A stretch of DNA of 61,541 bases, counting the filler, from Candidatus Babelota bacterium (GTDB taxonomy: Bacteria; JAGOBX01), in the NCBI GenBank assembly GCA_017999075.1. It is 11 parts of 11 records of this genome, joined end to end, with 100 filler letters (N's around TTAATTAATTAA, not from the genome) between each part and the next. Parts side by side here need not be neighbours in the genome. Positions count along the whole stretch, not along the records: positions 13,018 to 25,810 come from JAGOBX010000051.1; positions 25,911 to 28,707 come from JAGOBX010000546.1; positions 28,808 to 31,603 come from JAGOBX010000547.1; 8 more parts are not named here. One strand, 5' to 3'. Each line of letters opens with the position of its first letter. Position 1 is the first letter of the stretch. The notes beneath the pieces were generated by a model. That model was not told where the DNA came from. It searched no databases and saw only the letters and a list, made by a program, of their open reading frames with translations. This document shows, piece after piece, positions 20,330 to 29,613 of this stretch. A program made the translations under genes and the position numbers.

Positions 20330-21157
20330 TCAAGGATTTATTACAGCTAAAAACCAGTCAAGATTTTTTTCAGGAGCAGAAACAAATTCAAAATCCGAAA
20401 AAGTATATTGAAGTTTCCCTCCGTCCAAAAATCTAAACAATTTTTCTCCGCGAAGGTTCTGCCATATATAACGGAACTTAGTCCAGTATAATCCTCTCAG
20501 AATTTTATAATCAAATATATTCCTTTTTAATAATTTTTCGCTTTTTCTTTTCAATTCAACGTTTTTAAAACGCTGTCCAAACACTTTCACATTATTAAAA
20601 TGCCTGTTCAATATTTCAATAAATTCTTTATAAGTGTATTCATGCAAATGAGTAGGGTCAGCAGGAGATGGTTCATATCCTAACGAAAATTCATCTTTAT
20701 TAGGAGTAGATAAAAAAATAATTCCATCAGGTTTCACATGTTTCTTTAAATTTTCCAAAAAAACTTCAGGTTTTTTCAAATGTTCAAAAACTTCGTAAGA
20801 CATTACTATATCCCATTTTCCTAAACCCATATTCAAATCAGGACTGCATAAATCAAATGTTTTGAATTCGCATGGTTTATATTTTTCTGAAGCAAATTTA
20901 ACAGCATTCTCGGAAATGTCTAACCCTAATACCTTCGCAGTTTTTATTTTTTGAGTTATCCAGGCTAAAGAATACCCTGTTCCTGAACCAAAATCAATAA
21001 TAGATTTTCCCGTAAATTCTGTTAGCCCTGTAACAAATTTCAATCTTGCCAATTGTTCCTGAACTTCAAGTGCCGGATCGTTTTCTATATCACCGTCTTC
21101 TACCTGGTATCCGCGGTATTTAAAAACATCTTCTGAATAACTTTCCTGTTCTGCCAT
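20330..21157 (-). CDS. Class I SAM-dependent methyltransferase (glycan-cluster type)
   Basis: IDFGSGTGY motif I, GLDIS, EVFEHL, LSTPN, HLHEY. Confidence 0.88.
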   Translation of the reverse strand: MAEQESYSEDVFKYRGYQVEDGDIENDPALEVQEQLARLKFVTGLTEFTGKSIIDFGSGTGYSLAWITQKIKTAKVLGLDISENAVKFASEKYKPCEFKTFDLCSPDLNMGLGKWDIVMSYEVFEHLKKPEVFLENLKKHVKPDGIIFLSTPNKDEFSLGYEPSPADPTHLHEYTYKEFIEILNRHFNNVKVFGQRFKNVELKRKSEKLLKRNIFDYKILRGLYWTKFRYIWQNLRGEKLFRFLDGGKLQYTFSDFEFVSAPEKNLDWFLAVINP

Positions 21158-21254
21158 AATATAATAATGTTTTCCTTATTAATTTTGTTTATCAATATAT
21201 TAATTTTCCAAAAAATATCAAAATAGCCGTTTGAAAAATTCCAATAATTCAGTA

Positions 21255-22382
21255 TTACATCATAAGTTCGACATATTTGTAATAATTATTATTTTTCAAT
21301 TCAGCAACTTCAGAATCAGTCAAAGACGCAATTTTTTTATTGCAATCCTGCTGTTTTATATAATTCAAAAAATATTTAGCAAGTTCACAATGTTTTTCCA
21401 TAATCTGTTTTTCATAATCATTTTTTTCAACATAAACTTTATATTTCTGATACATACATCTTGTTCTGCAAATATCAAAAACACTGCAGTCAAAACAATC
21501 TATGCCTTCCATTCTTTGCAGCTGAGAAGGATAAAAAACATTTTTAATTATATTCCCCATAAATAATTTAGGTTTATCTGTCAACTGAGGACACGGGTAA
21601 ATATCTCCTGACGGCATAAGATTCATTATATTTTCTGAAACTCTGCACTGTGTTTTTCCTAAATAATCTTCTGCTGTCCTGTCAGGCCACATTATATTCC
21701 TTATTGCACCCATAACAGGTATAAATCTAAGTAATGTTTTATGAGCAAACCAGATATCAACAATATCTTTAAAAAATTGTTTTGCATTATCCATATATTT
21801 TTCATTCAGCAGATTCAAATTGTCGTCCGGCAGCTGCCAGAATACCATATCATATCCATATTCAGTTATAAGTCTTAATACATCATTTCCTTTAATATCG
21901 TCAGTAACAAAAGTCATTCTGCTTGTTACCGTTCCTTTATATCCGCGTTGTTTTATTTTTTTTATTTCTTCTAAAATTGTTTTAAAAACCCCTTTCCCTC
22001 TATATCTGTCAGTATGAACTTCAAGACCGTCATTTGAACACAGAAGATTTTTCAAATTTTGTACAACGTAATCAGGAAGAAGATGTAGTAAAGTTGCATT
22101 TGTCTGCATCTGATATTCCCATTGAGGAAAACGTCTCATACATTTTTCAATCAGAGCAGCATTAATAGCAGGTTCACCGCCGTTCCATGTAATATAAATA
22201 TGTTTATTTTTGAAGTAAGTATCAGTAAATTTTTCAATATCATCCAATGTCCATTCAATTTTAGAACTGCGTTCATGTATTCCTTCCTGCGCTTCACGGC
22301 AGCAATAGGTGCATCTAAGGTTGCATTTATAAGTTGTATAAATGTTAAATTCAACATTTTTAGTTTTTACATATTCTTCCAT
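21255..22382 (-). CDS. Radical SAM/SPASM-domain protein
   Basis: CNLRCTYC (CxxxCxxC), GGEP, QTNA; SPASM cysteines QC...GDIYPC...CFDCSVFDICRTRC...HC. Resembles AF0577-like putative peptide-modifying rSAMs (from recall, unverified). Confidence 0.9.
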   Translation of the reverse strand: MEEYVKTKNVEFNIYTTYKCNLRCTYCCREAQEGIHERSSKIEWTLDDIEKFTDTYFKNKHIYITWNGGEPAINAALIEKCMRRFPQWEYQMQTNATLLHLLPDYVVQNLKNLLCSNDGLEVHTDRYRGKGVFKTILEEIKKIKQRGYKGTVTSRMTFVTDDIKGNDVLRLITEYGYDMVFWQLPDDNLNLLNEKYMDNAKQFFKDIVDIWFAHKTLLRFIPVMGAIRNIMWPDRTAEDYLGKTQCRVSENIMNLMPSGDIYPCPQLTDKPKLFMGNIIKNVFYPSQLQRMEGIDCFDCSVFDICRTRCMYQKYKVYVEKNDYEKQIMEKHCELAKYFLNYIKQQDCNKKIASLTDSEVAELKNNNYYKYVELMM

Positions 22383-22407
22383 AAGTATTCTCCCCCTTAA
22401 AGTTTTG

Positions 22408-23538
22408 TCATTTTATATATTCGCGATATATAAGCCGCGATAAAGATGTAAAAAATATTTCAGGTATATTTCCAGCTGTAATAGCCAGATTATAAGGATG
22501 GCATTCATTGCCGTAAATTTCAACTTTATCTCCAGGTGAAACCGGAAAATTACAGGAAGAGATGTCTATAATTGAATATTCCATAAATGATTTACAGGCA
22601 TACGGGCATTTGATTCCACCCAGCAAAGCAAATCCGTTAGCTGCAGAAGCATCACGCGGTAATCCATGCGCATATCCGCCGAGAATAGTTGCAACGCGCA
22701 TATTTTCAGGAGCAAAATATCTGTATCCAAGTTCCTGGCCTTTCTTAACTTCTGTAATATGAAGCACAGTTGATATAAGTTTAAAACATAATTTCAATCC
22801 TTCTATGGTTTCATGTTCAACCTCAACCGGATCTATGCCAATAGGTAATAAACCTATTCTCACGATATCCATGTCAATACCTATTTTCCTTACTGTGCAC
22901 GCCGAATCAGCTATATGAAAATTAATTCCTCTCCCTCGGTAATCCTTAACTAATTCAAGAAAAAGTTTTTCTTTTGTTTTTAAACTTTCAATATCACTGT
23001 CCGTTGTTCCTGAAAGATGAGTATAAATAGAATCTACAATCACAGGAGAACCTTCCAATAAATTCATCATTTCTTTAAGCTGATTGGGCATAATTCCGAA
23101 CCTGTTTAATCCCCAGTTAATCTTTATGGCAGCTCTTACTGTATATTTTTTTTCTTTACACTGCTTTATAAGATTCTCTGCAACTGTTAAAGAATCCAAA
23201 CAAATAACAATATTTTTATATTTATTTAATTCGGGGAGTAAATCAAAACCTTGAGGAATAAAAGGCGACAGAATATATATTGACTTGTCAAAACCATTCG
23301 ACGCATGTTCTATCGCAGAATGAAGACTTTCAACAGCAATTCCGTCAATAAAATCTTTGCTGTAAGCCACCATTTCTTTTCCAAGGCTGTACGTATAAGA
23401 TTTTGCCGCAAGAATTATTTTAGTATTCTTGCCTATAAATTTACGTATAATACTTATATTATTTACAAAAGCTTTTACATCAATCTCTATTTTTATAAGT
23501 TTTTTCCAATAATCCTTTAGTTTTTCTTGTAATTCCAT
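22408..23538 (-). CDS. Divergent alanine racemase-like PLP (fold III) enzyme
   Basis: Alr architecture: IEIDVKAFVNN, AAKSYTYSLG, KINWGLNRFG, IYTHL, HIADSA, VRIG, GQELGY, GGYAHG. Several canonical residues are altered. Confidence 0.8.
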   Translation of the reverse strand: MELQEKLKDYWKKLIKIEIDVKAFVNNISIIRKFIGKNTKIILAAKSYTYSLGKEMVAYSKDFIDGIAVESLHSAIEHASNGFDKSIYILSPFIPQGFDLLPELNKYKNIVICLDSLTVAENLIKQCKEKKYTVRAAIKINWGLNRFGIMPNQLKEMMNLLEGSPVIVDSIYTHLSGTTDSDIESLKTKEKLFLELVKDYRGRGINFHIADSACTVRKIGIDMDIVRIGLLPIGIDPVEVEHETIEGLKLCFKLISTVLHITEVKKGQELGYRYFAPENMRVATILGGYAHGLPRDASAANGFALLGGIKCPYACKSFMEYSIIDISSCNFPVSPGDKVEIYGNECHPYNLAITAGNIPEIFFTSLSRLIYREYIK

Positions 23539-23561
23539 ATTTTTTCCTTTAAAAAAAATTT

Positions 23562-24614
23562 TTATTTTAAATGACAGTTAAACCATTCGCATGCATCCGG
23601 TATATTTACATCATGTCCGAATTCATAAATTTTTATATTGAGTTTATCTGATTCAGACAGCAAATTATAAACATACTTTATATGATTTATTTCATCTTCA
23701 GAACATTTATAATCAAAATAATTGTCTGTTTTACCTATTTGAATATTCAGCGGTCTGGGACAGATTGCCGCACATATATCACCCATATCAAATAAAGACA
23801 TCAAATCAGGAATATAGCCGCACATGCATTGAGATGTATTAAAAAGCAAATCTTTATAACTGCCGAAACAAGCAGCTGCAACCGAACATTTAATACGAGA
23901 ATCCAACGCTGAAACAAACAAAGCGGTTAACCCGCCGCTTGAAACACCCATGCAGCCTATGCTTGAAGAATTTGATTCAGAATAATTCAATAAAACATCT
24001 ATTGCTCTCTGAGCTTCAATAACCCTTATTCCGTCAAGTGTCATATCAGTCAATGATGCTAACAATGCGGATTTATTGCAAGGACGTTTTAATGTTCTCT
24101 CAAAAACGGCAAAAATCGGTTCCAGCATATTTCTCATTATATTTAAATCTTCTTCCATCCTTTCGCCAAAATTTATCTGATCAGCAGCAATTACCGTATA
24201 CCCTGATTTAACCAAAACTTCAGCAAAATTCCTGTTAATTTTTTTAAGTTTAAATCCGGCAAGAACATCTTTATCTGTTGGATAATGCCCATGGAGACAA
24301 AGAATTGAAGATCTGTTGTTCAATTTTTTTTTGGGAATCAGCATATAAGCAGGAACGCTTAAATCATCAAAAGTATTATAAATAATTTTTTTTAAGATAT
24401 AATCTTCCCTGTCATATACTTCCAATTCTTCTATATCCGGTTCAGGAGCATTATATTTATTTATTTTCAACGTCTTTTTCAATTCTTGAATAAATCTTCT
24501 TTTCCAGTCATTAAAATCATCGACTGATTTCAATTTTTCCCTCAGACTTGGAACGATATTTTTCCCGGAATTTTTTAAAAATTCAGAAACAAATATATTT
24601 CTTTTATATTTCAT
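23562..24614 (-). CDS. Alpha/beta hydrolase (dienelactone hydrolase/acetylxylan esterase-like)
   Basis: VPAYMLIP, LCLHGH, FGER, GCMGVSSGG nucleophile elbow, CMCGYIP, GHD. Confidence 0.85.
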   Translation of the reverse strand: MKYKRNIFVSEFLKNSGKNIVPSLREKLKSVDDFNDWKRRFIQELKKTLKINKYNAPEPDIEELEVYDREDYILKKIIYNTFDDLSVPAYMLIPKKKLNNRSSILCLHGHYPTDKDVLAGFKLKKINRNFAEVLVKSGYTVIAADQINFGERMEEDLNIMRNMLEPIFAVFERTLKRPCNKSALLASLTDMTLDGIRVIEAQRAIDVLLNYSESNSSSIGCMGVSSGGLTALFVSALDSRIKCSVAAACFGSYKDLLFNTSQCMCGYIPDLMSLFDMGDICAAICPRPLNIQIGKTDNYFDYKCSEDEINHIKYVYNLLSESDKLNIKIYEFGHDVNIPDACEWFNCHLK

Positions 24615-24733
24615 TCGGTTTCCCTGGAATTATTCATTGCAAACACATATTTTAAATCTTTTTTTATATAAAAAAATCAGAAAATGAATATTAATTGATA
24701 TATTATAAAAAACAAGAATATTTTTATTCAGAA

Positions 24734-25810
24734 TTAATCAAGATTGTGTCTGCACCATAATTCAAGGGTAACAAGAGTATAAATTGTTCTGCAGTAATTT
24801 CTTTTTCCAGACATATGTTCATCCAATATTTTTTTCAATCCTTCAGAATTCAAATATATTCTGTTTAATGAATTTTTATCTAACAATAACTTTTCAATAT
24901 ATTGTTTCTGCGGATCAAGACGCAGCCAGTGTTCAATTGGAATTTCAAAATGATACGATGGAAAAGTAAATCTGCCTTTAGATATCTTTTCCGTTATTCT
25001 GACAAGCCCTAAATGCGCTTTCTGAATTTGTTTAGAAATTTTCAGAAAAATTTCAGGCATATTAAGCGGCAATCTGTACTGCTGCCATTTTACCGAAGCA
25101 AGACGCGGAAACTTTTTTTTCAAAATCAATTGCTGCAGCTTCTGCCTGCGCAAATATTGAAGCGGAAGACTCATGCAGAAATCAACCAAATCATAATCTG
25201 TAAACGGAAGAGTGTAATCAAAATACGAACCGTATGTTGTCCCTGTAAAATGAAGAGTATATCTCGGTTGTCTCTGCCTCATTTTAAAATTAAAAACTAT
25301 TTCTTCATTTTTTAATCCGAGTTTTGGCAGTATTATTTTTTTTATGTTCTCAGTTAAAGTTTCATAATAATCAGGGCAAAAATCTTTTTTTATTAAATTT
25401 AAAAGCATATTAGGATGTTTAGCTGAATCAGTCGAAATCAGAAATTCAGATAACTGCGTATGCCTGGACGATTCAGAAAAATCCGGTATTTCAAATAAAA
25501 CATCTGAACCAAAAACACTGTCTCCAAGGTAGCCGTTATATATAGTATGCGGCTCAGAAAAAATCTCATTAAGATAATTTACTATATAATAATCATAAGC
25601 AAGATGAACTGTCATACAATCCATATATGAAACGGTTTTATCAGAATAATCGGTAAAATTATTTTTCATAATTTCAATAAAATAATGTTTGAACCCAAGT
25701 TCATCGGCAACCTGCTTAGAATATTTCCAGTCCGCAATTTTTTTTGTAATTCCATAGCAGCAACTGTCAGCATCTTTGGTTTCTCTGTTTATATACGCAG
25801 CTATTAAACG
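24734..25810 (-). CDS. Asparagine synthase (AsnB)-like amidotransferase, C-terminal part; 5' truncated
   Basis: Frame stays open to the contig end (RLIAAY...KQVADELG); NGYLGDSVFG, PFTDYDLVDF, IYTLVTLELW. Confidence 0.8.
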   Translation of the reverse strand, partial: RLIAAYINRETKDADSCCYGITKKIADWKYSKQVADELGFKHYFIEIMKNNFTDYSDKTVSYMDCMTVHLAYDYYIVNYLNEIFSEPHTIYNGYLGDSVFGSDVLFEIPDFSESSRHTQLSEFLISTDSAKHPNMLLNLIKKDFCPDYYETLTENIKKIILPKLGLKNEEIVFNFKMRQRQPRYTLHFTGTTYGSYFDYTLPFTDYDLVDFCMSLPLQYLRRQKLQQLILKKKFPRLASVKWQQYRLPLNMPEIFLKISKQIQKAHLGLVRITEKISKGRFTFPSYHFEIPIEHWLRLDPQKQYIEKLLLDKNSLNRIYLNSEGLKKILDEHMSGKRNYCRTIYTLVTLELWCRHNLD

Positions 25811-25910
25811 NNNNNNNNNNNNNNNNNNNNNNNNNNNNNNNNNNNNNNNNNNNNTTAATTAATTAANNNNNNNNNNNNNNNNNNNNNNNNNNNNNNNNNN
25901 NNNNNNNNNN
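25811..25910. other. Artificial contig linker
   Basis: N44-TTAATTAATTAA-N44. Confidence 0.98.
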
Positions 25911-26952
25911 ATTCATTCCCGTATTCATTAAAATGAACAGAATCTTCAGGTAAAAAAATAGATTTTTCAGGAGGAGTTTCATTATATATTTTTTCAAGGT
26001 CAAATAAATAAATGTTATTATCTGCAGACAATTTTCTTATAATATAATTAATTTTTTTTAATCCTCTTATTTCTGCTTGTGTGCAATATTTTTCATCTCC
26101 AATAAAAGTCGTTAAAATAATAGTTTTTTTTTGGGTTAATCCTAAAGTTATAAGAGATTGAAGGTTATATCTGAAATACTCGCCAAAATTATTTTTTTCA
26201 ACATTTTGCAAAGATTCAGGGTTATCATATTTATCTGAAAAATCTAATTTATTTAGAGAAACCGACCATACATCATATTGTTTATTTTTAAAAAACACAT
26301 AATGTATGAATTTAAAAAAATAAAAATGGTTTTTCAAAAAATAATAAAAATCAGGCAAATTATGATTTTTATCTTCCCAAACTTTTCGATATTGACGATT
26401 GTCAGGATATGATTTTTTATAATAAACCTGTGTAATCAGATCATTTATTCCATGATATATTATTATTATATCAGGATTCAAATGATATATTTTAAATATA
26501 TATGCTATAAGAGTCTCTGCTGTAGTATAAGTTCCTACTCCGCCATTTATTACTGAAACAAATTTATTTTTATGTTTATAATATCCATTAAGTTTAGTTT
26601 CAAGTAAATTAGTATATGTAAACTTTTCATCTGAAATCATATCCTGGGTTGTGGAACCCCCAAGACACGCGATTCTAATTTCATTTTTCTGTTTTTCATT
26701 AATAGGTTTACCTCTAAGTCCGTATTGATTAACTTTAATTGATTCCGAGATATATTCAGGATTAACTTCCAAAGCATAGTAATGATGCGGTTTAAAATAA
26801 TATTTTTTTAAATTCTGACCATCTTCTACCTTGTCAGAATCTAAATTTATTTTAGGATTTATTTTAATATATGTGTATGAAAACAATTCTGTTATTAACA
26901 GAAAAAAAATTATCGAAAATAATATTTTAAACTTATTTTTTTTTAATTTCAT
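25911..26952 (-). CDS. SGNH/GDSL hydrolase family protein, 3' truncated
   Basis: N-terminal TM; NQYGLRG, RIACLGGSTT, NGGVGTY, YHGINDL, DSVHF. Confidence 0.85.
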
Positions 26953-27102
26953 AATATAAAAATCAGAATTCTCATATCTATAATAAAATAAAAAAATGAA
27001 ATTTTCGAAACATTTCCTACACTTTAGTTTATTAAAACAAAAACTCTAAAATTTTGAAAAATACATGCTGCTTTCTGAATTTTTCAAAATTTTCTAAATA
27101 TC

Positions 27103-27181
27103 TGATACTAATCTGTTTTCAAAATCAGCAGATTAGCATTAGCCAAACTGCATAATTCAGTAATCTTGAATGCGGTTTGGC
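27103..27181. repeat. Two adjacent inverted repeats downstream of the TPR gene
   Basis: TGATACTAATCTG/CAGATTAGCATTA and GCCAAACTGCAT/ATGCGGTTTGGC. Confidence 0.5.
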
Positions 27182-27195
27182 ACGATTTATAAAAA

Positions 27196-28353
27196 TTACA
27201 CATCATCCGCATCTTGCCATTTTTTTCCTTCAGCAAACGCTTTTTTTATTGATTCAAGTTCTTCCTCATTATAAATCCACTCATAATTTTCATATGCCTT
27301 TTCAAAATTACCTTTTTGTTCATACAAATACCCAAGCTTATAATAAATATATTCAAAATAAAAAATCACTGTTTCAATACATTCTGTGTAATAATACTCT
27401 GCAGTTTTATAATTTTTTTTTTCAAAATAAGAATCTCCTGCAGTTATACATAAATATATTTTTAAAGGATGAAAAAAATCAGGAGACAAATTTTTTTCTA
27501 TTTCAGGATTCAATTCAAAATTTTTTTTATAAAAAAATCCGTCTGCCCTTTCAATGGCAAGTTCAATTATAGGATCAGATATATAAATCCCTGATTTTTT
27601 CAGCATTTTAATTATCCGTTCATTTTTAATCGAATTGGGTATAATTTCGGAATAAATAAAATTCAAACTATGATATACGTTTTTCAGAATACTGTTCAAT
27701 TCATATTGCGCATTTTCAAGCAATGAGATCGTGTTGTTCACGTCTCCGATCATATCATACACTGCGCCTGTTTCCATAAGAAAATACACATCGAAAACAT
27801 CATAATTTTTCGACATTTGTAAAAGGTTATGAGTCATAAGCAATTCGTCTTTTATTCTTGGAGTTTTAGAAATTTTATCTATATTATCTTCAAGATAAAG
27901 AAAATGCAAATCAAGAAGCCTCCGCGAAAGACATATTTTATCATATTCGAGATAAATAAGATTTATTATATTTTTATAAAAATTTATTGATTCTTCAATG
28001 TCATAATTAATGGTTATTTCGGCAAGAAATATCGATTGAACTAAATATTCAACATCGGATTGAGCAGTCACAGAAATTACTTTATTATATAAACTTCTGA
28101 TTTTTTCTATTAAATTATTGTAATAATCATCCCCTTCAAGATTTATTTCTTTCGTGAAAGTATAATTATTTTCATTATTTTCATCATCTTCAAATTCTTC
28201 AATCTGATAGATATATTTCTGGATAAGTTCTTCTGTTTCCATCAGCTTATCAAAATAAGATTCATAGAAACCTTTATTCCCGCATTTTTCTATCAAAGAA
28301 AATAAATAATCAAATAAGATTTGTCTGTTGTAATTTAAAAAATCATCATCCAT
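27196..28353 (-). CDS. Acidic tetratricopeptide-repeat protein
   Basis: C-terminal TPR-like segments AGDSYFEKKNYKTAEYYY and YYKLGYLYEQKGNFEKAYENY. Confidence 0.65.
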   Translation of the reverse strand: MDDDFLNYNRQILFDYLFSLIEKCGNKGFYESYFDKLMETEELIQKYIYQIEEFEDDENNENNYTFTKEINLEGDDYYNNLIEKIRSLYNKVISVTAQSDVEYLVQSIFLAEITINYDIEESINFYKNIINLIYLEYDKICLSRRLLDLHFLYLEDNIDKISKTPRIKDELLMTHNLLQMSKNYDVFDVYFLMETGAVYDMIGDVNNTISLLENAQYELNSILKNVYHSLNFIYSEIIPNSIKNERIIKMLKKSGIYISDPIIELAIERADGFFYKKNFELNPEIEKNLSPDFFHPLKIYLCITAGDSYFEKKNYKTAEYYYTECIETVIFYFEYIYYKLGYLYEQKGNFEKAYENYEWIYNEEELESIKKAFAEGKKWQDADDV

Positions 28354-28368
28354 AATTAAAACGTCCGT

Positions 28369-28707
28369 TTATAATAATCTTAACCGTTCTGCATTAAGTA
28401 TGTTTTCACCGCTGCTTAATATGAGTTCACCGTTAATTCCAATTTTTTTAACTTCAGATTTTATTATTGAACCATCAGATAAAATTATTTCAACCACTTT
28501 ATTCAGCACTATCGATTTTTCAGAATATTTTTCAATTATATTGTTTTCATTATTTAAAAAATATTTTGAAGTATCAAGTATTTTCAGAGATAATTCCGTT
28601 GATTCTTTTATAGAAGATAATCCGATTGGTTCTCCGATTATTTCAGATAACGAGATACAGTCTGCACCAGCAGAACTTTTATTAATAATATTGTTATAAT
28701 TTATTCC
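28369..28707 (-). CDS. birA: Biotin-protein ligase BirA, C-terminal fragment (5' truncated)
   Basis: Hand translation GINYN...ISLSE...YSEKSIVLNKVVEI...KIGINGELILSSGE fits the BPL catalytic end plus BPL_C. Confidence 0.6.
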   Translation of the reverse strand, partial: GINYNNIINKSSAGADCISLSEIIGEPIGLSSIKESTELSLKILDTSKYFLNNENNIIEKYSEKSIVLNKVVEIILSDGSIIKSEVKKIGINGELILSSGENILNAERLRLL

Positions 28708-28807
28708 NNNNNNNNNNNNNNNNNNNNNNNNNNNNNNNNNNNNNNNNNNNNTTAATTAATTAANNNNNNNNNNNNNNNNNNNNNNNNNNNNNNNNNNNNN
28801 NNNNNNN
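28708..28807. other. Artificial contig linker
   Basis: N44-TTAATTAATTAA-N44. Confidence 0.98.
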
Positions 28808-29567
28808 TTATAAGATTTTCATATTTGTTTTTCTGATCTGTAGATATAATGATTTTTTTTTGTATGTCAATATGTTTTATTTTATAATTCAACAAAATTT
28901 TATTTTTATTTTTTTCAAACAAATAATTTATTAATGATCCTATTCCGTTTTTTTGAGGATAATAAAATTTATGATTATATCCTTTAAAAGAATTTTTTTT
29001 TGAAATTGCGCCTTTTAATACTTCCTCCATTTTTGGCATAGGCATATAATTTGAAAACCAGTCTGTAGTAATTTTTGACAAATCTGTTTTCCATAATTTT
29101 TTGTTATAAGGAATCATAAAATGTTTACAAATTTCCCCGCCGAAATAAGTATTCATCCATTCAAGATAATTTTTGTTTGAAACCGAATTTGAATAAAAAG
29201 ATCGAATAAAAGAATATAAGCATTTAAAATTATTTTCGGATGGCAGATAAGATAAATTTAATTGAAAAGGGTAAGGAATAAAATTGTTGAAAATTTTTAT
29301 AAAAGCCTTTCTTTGAAGGCAATTAATATTTTTTTGTAAAATCTTTTGAAAAAATTTTTTAGAGAAAGAATCTGAATAATGAAATAAATGACCTGTATAA
29401 TCGAATATAAAATTGTTTATATTAAAACTTTTACACAAACCGCCGGGATGATTTTCTTTTTCAAGAATTATAAAGTCATTATTGGCCATGCTGCCGGATT
29501 CTGCAAAAAATCCGGCACTCAATCCCGATAATCCGGCGCCTAATATTACAGTTTTAAAATATTTCAC
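28808..29567 (-). CDS. FAD-dependent oxidoreductase (HemY/UDP-galactopyranose mutase-like), 3' truncated
   Basis: ILGAGLSGL, EKENHPGGLCKS, FDYTGHLFH, YPFQ, PYNKKLW, FYYPQKNGI. Confidence 0.8.
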
Positions 29568-29613
29568 TTTTTAAATTTTAATTCAAAATATATTATAATA
29601 TAAGTTTAATAAT

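Noticed and set aside
16906-22382. rSAM as an anaerobic sulfatase maturase for the AlkP protein
   Set aside because: The AlkP protein has a Thr-type NPP motif (PPLTPIAW), not C/SxPxR, so it needs no formylglycine.
20090-24733. RiPP precursor peptide near the rSAM
   Set aside because: Intergenic gaps contain no convincing small ORF with an RBS; a precursor elsewhere cannot be excluded.
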